Source: Nanobdellota archaeon
GTDB taxonomy: Archaea; Nanobdellota; Nanobdellia; Nanobdellales; Nanobdellaceae
Assembly: GCA_020697515.1 (NCBI GenBank)
Contig: JAIXNB010000020.1
Location: forward strand, 1 to 7,296
Length of the DNA stretch: 7,296 nt
Direction: 5' to 3'
The translations under genes and the position numbers were made by a program. A model generated the notes under the pieces. That model made no database searches. It worked only from the letters and a program-made list of their open reading frames with translations, and was not told the origin of the DNA. Below are positions 1-6,297 of this stretch, piece after piece (the stretch's first letter is position 1; each line of letters begins with the position of its first letter).

Positions 1-597
1 ACTAGGTTGGTATTTCTTTATTCCTTCATCTTCTTCTTGTGTATTTAAAAATTCATCAATACTGACACCATTCCTTGCCACATATACCCTCTTTTTTCTT
101 CTATATATAAATTGAAAGATTCTTTTATCGAGGTAAGAAACTGTGAATAAAAAGTGCGTCAGTTTTACAGCAATCAATTCTGTTAAAAATGTTGCTATCA
201 AGGCTGGTACAGACCATCTACCTTTTTTTGCGATATATTCTACGTTATGGGCATCTATAACAATTATAGTTTTAGGACAAAATAATCTTATAAATGGAAC
301 TAGTATAGCGGTCCAAAAAGTTGTGGACTCTATAAGCACTTTTCTTACTCCATACTTTTTAATTAATTTTATTAATAGAAATGCAATTGGAATTATACGA
401 AATGGGTTTTTAACTCTTTTATATGCTATTTTTATAAGTCTCCTATAGCATTTCTCTCTCCCTCCTTCTGAGATCTGTACTACTATTGGACTTATCCTAT
501 ATTTTTCTAAAATGTTTATTATAGAATACACTCTTACAGCCCCTCCAAAATCCGGAGGATAAAAATAAGTAGGAGTCACCAACAATAGCGTAAACAT
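1..597 (-). CDS. Glycosyltransferase family 4 (GT-B fold), N-terminal 199 codons; the gene continues beyond position 1
   Basis: My own minus-strand translation from ATG at 597..595 is open to position 1. It reads MFTLLLVTPTYFYPPDFGGAVRVYSIINILEKY...KTIIVIDAHNVEYIAKKG...RVYVARNGVSIDEFLN.... This fits the GT4 N-terminal domain pattern: a short hydrophobic strand, then P..GG, an xDAHN strand, and NGV(D/S)...F at the domain boundary. The ORF track omits it because no stop lies in the window. An alternative in-frame ATG at 612 is preceded by stop TAA at 630..628. Confidence 0.75.
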   Translation of the reverse strand, partial: MFTLLLVTPTYFYPPDFGGAVRVYSIINILEKYRISPIVVQISEGGREKCYRRLIKIAYKRVKNPFRIIPIAFLLIKLIKKYGVRKVLIESTTFWTAILVPFIRLFCPKTIIVIDAHNVEYIAKKGRWSVPALIATFLTELIAVKLTHFLFTVSYLDKRIFQFIYRRKKRVYVARNGVSIDEFLNTQEEDEGIKKYQPS

Positions 598-618
598 AAA
601 AATAACTAACATAACAGA

Positions 619-632
619 ATTTATAATTTATT
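619..632 (-). promoter_or_regulatory. Candidate archaeal TATA box for the minus-strand GT4 gene
   Basis: The minus strand reads AATAAATTATAAAT, centred about 28 nt upstream of ATG 597. That geometry fits a leaderless or very short-leader archaeal transcript. AT-rich background makes this weak evidence. Confidence 0.3.
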
Positions 633-745
633 TTTCAGTTTTACTATATTTGTATACCGTAATACGATTGTTATGGAAGGAACATCTAGAAATATTCTCA
701 AACTATAGAAACAAACTAACGTAATTATTGAATTTAATGGAAAAC

Positions 746-754
746 TAATTAAAA
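746..754 (+). promoter_or_regulatory. Candidate archaeal TATA box, with a purine-rich BRE-like GGAAAAC just upstream, for the epimerase operon
   Basis: TAATTAAAA is centred about 24 nt upstream of ATG 774 and is preceded by GGAAAAC at 739..745. The spacing fits a leaderless transcript starting at or near the ATG. Confidence 0.3.
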
Positions 755-773
755 CTGAAAACTAGAAATTTTT

Positions 774-1880
774 ATGATAAAGTTCCTTATCGGAACAAGA
801 GCAGAGCTTATCAAAATATTTCCAATTATTAAGGAACTAGATAAATTAAGGAGGGAGTATCTGATAATTTCTACTGGACAACACAATATAAACTACTTAC
901 TGAAGGTCTTTAATATTGATAAGGAAAGAGTATTATATCTAAACAGTCCAAAGGAAGGATTTCTACTTAGCATCACGAGAGCATTAAGATTCTGCTCTCA
1001 TAGTGTGATTAAGATTAAAAAACACCAAATAATAAATAGTAAAGATCTAATAGTTGTGCATGGAGATACTTTATCTACAGTAATAGCAACAGTAGGTACT
1101 AAATTAAGGGGTTGTAAGGTTGTACATTTAGAAGCAGGTTTGAGGTCATGGGATCTTTTTGAACCCTTTCCCGAGGAGATTTCAAGAAATGTAGTAGATT
1201 TTTTAAGTGATATACTAATAACTGTCTCGAAAGAAAGTTATAAGAACATAAGAAAACAGTTTCCTTGGAAAAGAAATGTGTATATGATTGGTAATACTAT
1301 AATAGATGCTGCGTTATATGCATTTAACTATAATCTTGAAGTAGAACTGCCAAAAGAAGATTATGCGATAGTCTCCATACACAGACACGAGAATTTAACT
1401 AAAAAATGGCGACTAATGAGGATAGTAAAAATTATTAAAGAGGCCTCTAAAATGATAAGACTATATATTTTTATGTACAAAAATACAAAACTCGCTCTTC
1501 AGAGATTCGGGTTATATAAATATTTACGGAATAATAAAAACATTGTTATTATGAGACCCCTCGATTACATTAGATTTATAAAATGGTTAGCAAATGCAAA
1601 GTTATTATTAACAGATGGTGGAAGTATCCAAGAAGAAAGTATAGTATTTAGAGTGCCTTCGATTATACTCCGGTTGAAGACTGAACGTACAGAGGGTCTA
1701 AAAACAGGATTAAATTATCTATCCAAACTAAAGGTAGATCCAACAATAAGTAAAATAAGAGGTTTTCTAAATGGTGAGTATCCGAAGAAAGTTAAAAATC
1801 CATATGGGAAACCCGGGTTAACTAAAAAGATAGTTAAAATTTTATTAAGTTATGATAAGAGTTCTAGTAGAGTCAATTAG
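774..1880 (+). CDS. wecB: UDP-N-acetylglucosamine 2-epimerase (non-hydrolysing, WecB/MnaA family)
   Basis: The 368 aa product carries the family signatures in the expected order. These are N-terminal IGTRAELIKIFPII, VHGDTLST, VHLEAGLRSWD...FPEEISRNVVD, SIHRHEN and LLLTDGGSIQEES. The acidic and His residues considered catalytic in WecB-type enzymes appear present. Confidence 0.9.
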   Translation: MIKFLIGTRAELIKIFPIIKELDKLRREYLIISTGQHNINYLLKVFNIDKERVLYLNSPKEGFLLSITRALRFCSHSVIKIKKHQIINSKDLIVVHGDTLSTVIATVGTKLRGCKVVHLEAGLRSWDLFEPFPEEISRNVVDFLSDILITVSKESYKNIRKQFPWKRNVYMIGNTIIDAALYAFNYNLEVELPKEDYAIVSIHRHENLTKKWRLMRIVKIIKEASKMIRLYIFMYKNTKLALQRFGLYKYLRNNKNIVIMRPLDYIRFIKWLANAKLLLTDGGSIQEESIVFRVPSIILRLKTERTEGLKTGLNYLSKLKVDPTISKIRGFLNGEYPKKVKNPYGKPGLTKKIVKILLSYDKSSSRVN

Positions 1881-2901
1881 CGATATAGATTCAGCTTATT
1901 ACAAGTACCTATTGGAATACCCTCCTAAAGGAGTACTGTTCTTAAATAAAAATAAAAAGCTTTTGATTACATCATCAAGAAAATTTTTATCCCGGCTAAA
2001 GATAAAGCGATTATTTCATAAGATTCTAAAATATTCAAATCTACCTAAAATTAAAAAGGCTAGAAAGCATTTTAATGTAGACTTGTATCACTCTTCACAC
2101 ACATTCCTTATCACTGATAAACCGTATGTGATAGATTTTGAGCACTATTGGATATTATCTTATTCTTCAGAGTCAGCATATGGGGTTATTGGAAAGAAAC
2201 TAATCAAAAAACTCTTTTTACGAAAGAACTTGAAGTATATATTACCATGGACTTATGCAGCATACAATTCTATACCTAAAGAGATTAGAAGTGATAAAAA
2301 AATAAGAGATAAAATCAAAGTAGTCTACCCTGCTGTTCCTACCAATAAATATCCGAGAAAGAAATATAATAAACTCAAAATAATATTTACTAGTAGATAT
2401 TTTATGCTAAAAGGCGAACACATAATTTATAAAATATATAAAATATTGCATATGAAATATCAAGACTGTGTTGAACTTATCATAGTAGCTCCAGTTCCGA
2501 GTAACGTCTCACAAAAATACAATTTTATAAAGTTCTACGATATAATGCCACAAGAGGATTTATTTAAGCTATTTGAAAAAGCTCATATATATATCTATCC
2601 GAGATATATAGATACATTTGGGTTTACTATTCTAGAAGCCATGAGTTTTGGAATGCCAGTAATTGCTTCTGATGGGTTTGCAAGGCGCGAGCTCATCACG
2701 GATAATGAAACAGGATTTATAATTCCTAGATCTAAGAACGAGATTGAACATTATATAGATAAAATTTCTGAGCTAATAGAAAATCCATCTCTCCTTAAAT
2801 CTATGTCCAGAAGGGCTTTCAAAGAAATAAAATATGGAAAATTTAGTATACGGAGAAGGAACAAAGTGCTAAAAGAAGTATATGAATCTGCAATAGAATA
2901 A
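1852..2901 (+). CDS. Glycosyltransferase family 4 (GT-B, group 1)
   Basis: The C-terminal domain of the 349 aa product has the GT4 donor-binding signature YPRYIDTFGFTILEAMSFGMPVIASDGFARRELITDNETGFII. This is a D-x7-E variant of the EX7E motif. The ATG at 1852 overlaps the epimerase 3' end by 29 nt. MIRVLVES is a plausible first beta strand. Confidence 0.85.
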   Translation: MIRVLVESISDIDSAYYKYLLEYPPKGVLFLNKNKKLLITSSRKFLSRLKIKRLFHKILKYSNLPKIKKARKHFNVDLYHSSHTFLITDKPYVIDFEHYWILSYSSESAYGVIGKKLIKKLFLRKNLKYILPWTYAAYNSIPKEIRSDKKIRDKIKVVYPAVPTNKYPRKKYNKLKIIFTSRYFMLKGEHIIYKIYKILHMKYQDCVELIIVAPVPSNVSQKYNFIKFYDIMPQEDLFKLFEKAHIYIYPRYIDTFGFTILEAMSFGMPVIASDGFARRELITDNETGFIIPRSKNEIEHYIDKISELIENPSLLKSMSRRAFKEIKYGKFSIRRRNKVLKEVYESAIE

Positions 2902-2923
2902 GAATACTCTGACTAAATACATT

Positions 2924-2933
2924 GATAAATTTA
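2924..2933 (+). promoter_or_regulatory. Candidate internal TATA box for the GT2 gene
   Basis: GATAAATTTA is centred about 24-25 nt upstream of ATG 2953, inside the 51-nt gap after the GT4 stop (TAA 2899..2901). Confidence 0.25.
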
Positions 2934-2952
2934 GTTATGAAATATAGAGATA

Positions 2953-3981
2953 ATGACTATTATAACTCTAATAAGTACTGTGTTAAACGAGAAGGATTCT
3001 ATAGAAAGCTATATTCAATCTCTACTAAACCAAAGTATACTCCCCGATGAGATAATAATTGTTGATGGTGGATCTACTGATGGAACATTTGAAATACTAA
3101 AAAAATATGAAAAGAAATATCCAAGCTTAATAACTGTTTATCGATTAGATGGTGCTAACATTGCTAAAGGAAGGAACTTTGCGATAAGGAATTCAAAAGG
3201 TTGGATAATAGTTACATCTGACGCTGGATGTAAATATGAAAACGATTATGTTAAAAAAATGATTAAACCGTTGCTCAAGTTTTTACTTAATAATTATAAA
3301 AAATTTAAAATGAAAAAACAAGACATATTATCATATATAAAAGAAAAAGGTATATCAATCAAAGAATTAGAGAATGTACCTGAAGCTGAGTTTGTTCAAG
3401 GAAGGTATTATCCTCATCATATAAATAACATATCTTACTTTGCTAGCTTTTTTTTAGTAAAACAAGATCAATGCAAAATTCCGTCAAGAGCATCTGCACG
3501 TGCTACTGCATATTTCAAGTATGTGTGGGAGGATGTTGGAGGATACCCAGAGGATTTTGTTACTGGGGAAGATACTAAGTTCAACTATAAAGTCTTAGAA
3601 AGAGGATTCAAATGGATTTGTGTAGACACAAAAGTTTGGTGGGAAATGCCTCGTAATTTGAAAGAATTTTATACAAAATTCGAAAGATACGCAATTGGAG
3701 ATGTCGTACAAGGGAACTTAATTAAAAATAAAAAACTACTATTATTTTTCCTTAGCTACTGGATCTTTATTGCAATATTGTTATTATCAGCATTTATACA
3801 CCCACTAATGTTCTATAGGATGGTTTTTATTATTGTATTTTTTATGATAATGTTGTCTATCTATGGACTTATAAGAACCAAAAGACTATCTTCCTTATTA
3901 TTATACCCCTTACTCTTATTGCTTCGCTACACAGCATATGTAATTGGGATAATCAAGGGAATTATAAGAAGATGGCAATGA
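2953..3981 (+). CDS. Glycosyltransferase family 2 (GT-A) with a C-terminal membrane anchor of about 3 predicted TM helices
   Basis: The N-terminus ITLISTVLNEKDSIESYIQSLLNQSILPDEIIIVDGGSTDGTFEIL is a classic GT2 start. It is followed by TSDAGC (DxD-equivalent) and YVWEDVGGYPEDFVTGEDTKF. The C-terminal roughly 100 aa is hydrophobic: LLLFFLSYWIFIAILLLSAFI, MVFIIVFFMIMLSIYGLI and LLLYPLLLLLRYTAYVIGII. Confidence 0.85.
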   Translation: MTIITLISTVLNEKDSIESYIQSLLNQSILPDEIIIVDGGSTDGTFEILKKYEKKYPSLITVYRLDGANIAKGRNFAIRNSKGWIIVTSDAGCKYENDYVKKMIKPLLKFLLNNYKKFKMKKQDILSYIKEKGISIKELENVPEAEFVQGRYYPHHINNISYFASFFLVKQDQCKIPSRASARATAYFKYVWEDVGGYPEDFVTGEDTKFNYKVLERGFKWICVDTKVWWEMPRNLKEFYTKFERYAIGDVVQGNLIKNKKLLLFFLSYWIFIAILLLSAFIHPLMFYRMVFIIVFFMIMLSIYGLIRTKRLSSLLLYPLLLLLRYTAYVIGIIKGIIRRWQ

Positions 3982-4151
3982 TTGGCGTATTTTAAAATTC
4001 TATATATTATCAATGTCGAGTTCTTGATAAATATTAGTTAGGTGTATTATAAAATTTACATTTGTTTATCCTGATATACCTAAAATGGATAAAGGAAAAC
4101 ACAAAGAACGAATAAAATATATTAAAAGAACTCCTTAAAGAGTTTTGGTTA

Positions 4152-4946
4152 TTGTGGAAAAATGTCGATGGAATATCCTCAAAATTTATATTCCCAATTT
4201 ATTCTATGGTTATATATCTGTATGCAAAAATATTTAAAAAGGAAAATGGTCATGAATATATACTCCAGCATATCTGGGCGGGCCTTAACTATAAGGTAAG
4301 ATACAAAGGATTCACTTTTATCTCAGAAAAATCTTTAGTGTCAACCCATATATTACCATATTATGAAAAAGAGACTATAGAAGTCTTAATGAACATAAGA
4401 GGAAAGATATTCATAGACGTGGGTGCACATGTTGGAAGGTACTCCATTCTGCTTTCAAAAAACTTTGAAAAGATAATTGCAATCGAGCCAGATCCATACA
4501 ATTTTTCCTATTTAGTTAAACATATCTGTATAAACAAGTTAGAAGATAAAGTCTTACCAATAAATATCGCCTTGGCAGATAGAATATCATTCCTGAAACT
4601 ATATCTATCAGAAGAGGGGGATGGAAAGCATTCTCTAGTTGTACCTAAAGAAAGATATATACCAGTTTTGACACTTCCCTTAGATTTTATAATAGGGCAA
4701 CTAAAAATATCCTACAAAGATATATCTCTAATTAAGATAGATGTGGAGGGTGCAGAATATATGGTTTTAAAAGGAATGGAAAAAGTTTTAAAGGAAGGTA
4801 ATCCTATAGTAGTGATAGAAATTTGGTATGATAATCCAAATAAAGAAAGAGCGATTAAATTGCTTGAAGAAAAAGGATACAAGATTATAATGAAGCTTGA
4901 TAATAATGATACATTTGCAAATTATGTATTTGCAAAAGAGAGATGA
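4152..4946 (+). CDS. FkbM-family SAM-dependent methyltransferase
   Basis: The core FIDVGAHVGRYSILLSKNFEKIIAIEPDPYNFSYLVKHI...INIALADRISFLKLY...SLIKIDVEGAEYMVLKGM matches the FkbM-type methyltransferase pattern (DVGAn.G, EP.p, KiDvEG.E). The start is uncertain. The track uses TTG at 4152, and the first ATG is at 4206 (MVIYLYAK...). The frame opens after TAA at 4113..4115. Confidence 0.82.
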   Translation: MWKNVDGISSKFIFPIYSMVIYLYAKIFKKENGHEYILQHIWAGLNYKVRYKGFTFISEKSLVSTHILPYYEKETIEVLMNIRGKIFIDVGAHVGRYSILLSKNFEKIIAIEPDPYNFSYLVKHICINKLEDKVLPINIALADRISFLKLYLSEEGDGKHSLVVPKERYIPVLTLPLDFIIGQLKISYKDISLIKIDVEGAEYMVLKGMEKVLKEGNPIVVIEIWYDNPNKERAIKLLEEKGYKIIMKLDNNDTFANYVFAKER

Positions 4947-4961
4947 AAACAGTAATTTATA

Positions 4962-4972
4962 TAGTTTTTTGT
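4962..4972 (+). terminator. Candidate archaeal oligo-T terminator after the methyltransferase gene
   Basis: A run of six T at 4965..4970 lies 19 nt after the stop codon at 4944..4946, at the end of the plus-strand gene run. Archaeal termination typically uses oligo-T tracts. Confidence 0.35.
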
Positions 4973-5110
4973 ATAACCTGCATCTACAGATCAATCAAAT
5001 AATCCAAATAGAGTAATTTACTAAGTTATACTTCTTCTTATATCTTTAGTTTTATCTCCATAGAAAGTCTGTGGCGGAGGATTCCATATATAGATAGAAT
5101 TATGTGTCAC

Positions 5111-6199
5111 TCATACTATCTTTTTAATAATTTTATATAATCTATATACAGTGTTTTCCCATGAGAACTTCCCCTTACTATATTTATGATACAGACGGTC
5201 TGTCCATTTTCTAATTTTATTTTTATCTAAAAATTCTATCAGTTTCTCTGCGAGACTATTAGAGTTTAATTTAAATAATAGTTGCTTTGGTAGAAATTCT
5301 CTAAATGTAGGTATATCTGATGCTAAGACAAGAGTCTTACATGCAATAGCTTCTAGAATCTGCATTCCAAATCCTTCATATTCAGATGGATATACAAATA
5401 TATCCAACTTATTGTAGAATTCAGGAATTTCATCTTCATCTAGGATACCAAAATATCTTATCGATAATTTATTCTTTTCTAAAAACCACTTAGGGTACTT
5501 TCCCGCAAGCCACAACTCTACATTATCATAATTTTGCCTTATTTTAATAAATGCATCTAGCAAGATATCTACTCTTTTTCGTTTATTTTTTCCTAACCAT
5601 CCGCCCAAAAACCCAATAATATATCTATTTCTACTGTACTTCTCTTTCTGGAGATGGGGTATGGGTTTATATCTTGAGGTGTCAACTCCCCAATAGTTTA
5701 CAAATACTCTACTCTTTATAAAGTGATATAGTGTGAGATCTCTTTTAGTAGTATTTGATGGTACCATAATAACGATTTTTCTATGTTTAATTAAAGTTCT
5801 AAGGAAAATGTGTAAAAACTTAAAATACAAATTATAGAGAAATCTTCTGTCTTTTTTAAACAAAGGGATTATGTCATGTAGTACAAGAATAGTTGGATAT
5901 CTTAGAATATATCCGAGGGACGGTAGAATATCATCGGGATTATGAACATATACAATTGTCCTCCCTTTGTTGAATTTTCTCTTGATCTTAGATAGTAAAC
6001 GAAAAAATACTATTGTTTCTCCAATAAAACCAGATATATTGATACTGTTTGGAATGAAAAAAGGAAACACTCTTATATCATCATATTTTTTTAAGGTATT
6101 ATAGATGTACCATGCTGATTTGTAGACACCAGCCACGCGATTGGGATCTAGTGATCTACATATAAATAACACTTCAATCTTATCGAGTCTCAAAGACAT
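5111..6199 (-). CDS. Glycosyltransferase family 4 (GT-B, group 1)
   Basis: The 362 aa product has a canonical EX7E region VYPSEYEGFGMQILEAIACKTLVLASDIPTFREFL. Its N-terminal domain carries VYVHNPDD and YWGVDTSRYKP (NGVD-like). It has a clean ATG at 6199 and a stop at 5111..5113. Confidence 0.88.
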   Translation of the reverse strand: MSLRLDKIEVLFICRSLDPNRVAGVYKSAWYIYNTLKKYDDIRVFPFFIPNSINISGFIGETIVFFRLLSKIKRKFNKGRTIVYVHNPDDILPSLGYILRYPTILVLHDIIPLFKKDRRFLYNLYFKFLHIFLRTLIKHRKIVIMVPSNTTKRDLTLYHFIKSRVFVNYWGVDTSRYKPIPHLQKEKYSRNRYIIGFLGGWLGKNKRKRVDILLDAFIKIRQNYDNVELWLAGKYPKWFLEKNKLSIRYFGILDEDEIPEFYNKLDIFVYPSEYEGFGMQILEAIACKTLVLASDIPTFREFLPKQLLFKLNSNSLAEKLIEFLDKNKIRKWTDRLYHKYSKGKFSWENTVYRLYKIIKKIV

Positions 6200-6222
6200 T
6201 ATAGAAATATGCTCTTTAACTC

Positions 6223-6231
6223 TTTAATTTT
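6223..6231 (-). promoter_or_regulatory. Candidate TATA box for the minus-strand GT4 gene (5111..6199)
   Basis: The minus strand reads AAAATTAAA, centred about 28 nt upstream of ATG 6199, in the 98-nt gap downstream of polB. It overlaps a tandem 8-mer repeat (6212..6227). Confidence 0.25.
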
Positions 6232-6297
6232 GTTTATTTAAAAAGTTACCATTGAAGAGCAAGAATAGCAAATCACCCAGGTTTTTACCTAAGCAAC

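Noticed and set aside
143-448. Track ORF of 101 aa on the plus strand (GTG start)
   Set aside because: It lies entirely antisense to an open 199-codon minus-strand frame with clear GT4 motifs. Its own product has no recognisable motif and uses a GTG start with no promoter geometry. It is most likely a shadow ORF.
4084-4137. Small ORF MDKGKHKERIKYIKRTP upstream of the methyltransferase gene, possibly a leader peptide
   Set aside because: It is only 17 codons in AT-rich intergenic DNA where such ORFs arise by chance. It has no recognisable motif and no supporting signal that I can evaluate without comparative data.
3982-4151. 170-nt intergenic gap screened for an RNA gene (C/D box sRNA, tRNA) or structured element
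   Set aside because: There is no RUGAUGA...CUGA box arrangement with proper spacing, no GC-rich stem architecture and no tRNA-like cloverleaf. The only structure is a weak 5-bp hairpin (AACTC...GAGTT at about 4129..4144). It is most simply a promoter or spacer region.
4788-4994. Track ORF of 68 aa on the minus strand
   Set aside because: It mostly overlaps the 3' end of the well-supported FkbM methyltransferase gene on the opposite strand. The product is low-complexity (Ile/Lys/Phe/Cys/Tyr-rich), as expected from antisense translation of AT-rich coding DNA.
4947-5110. 164-nt convergent intergenic region screened for small genes or repeats
   Set aside because: It holds only very short ORFs (for example MESSATDFLWR on the minus strand) and a T6 tract consistent with termination. 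No repeats or conserved-looking structure were seen.
6212-6227. Tandem 8-mer CTCTTTAA CTCTTTAA (minus-strand TTAAAGAG x2) upstream of GT4 ATG 6199, with another TTAAAGAG at 4135..4142 just upstream of the methyltransferase TTG start; considered as a shared regulatory or ribosome-binding motif
   Set aside because: The same 8-mer also occurs inside coding sequence (1435..1442). By rough composition estimate, about one occurrence is expected by chance in this window. It does not resemble an anti-SD-complementary sequence, and the tandem copy overlaps the TATA-like candidate. It may be worth a genome-wide count but is not supportable here.
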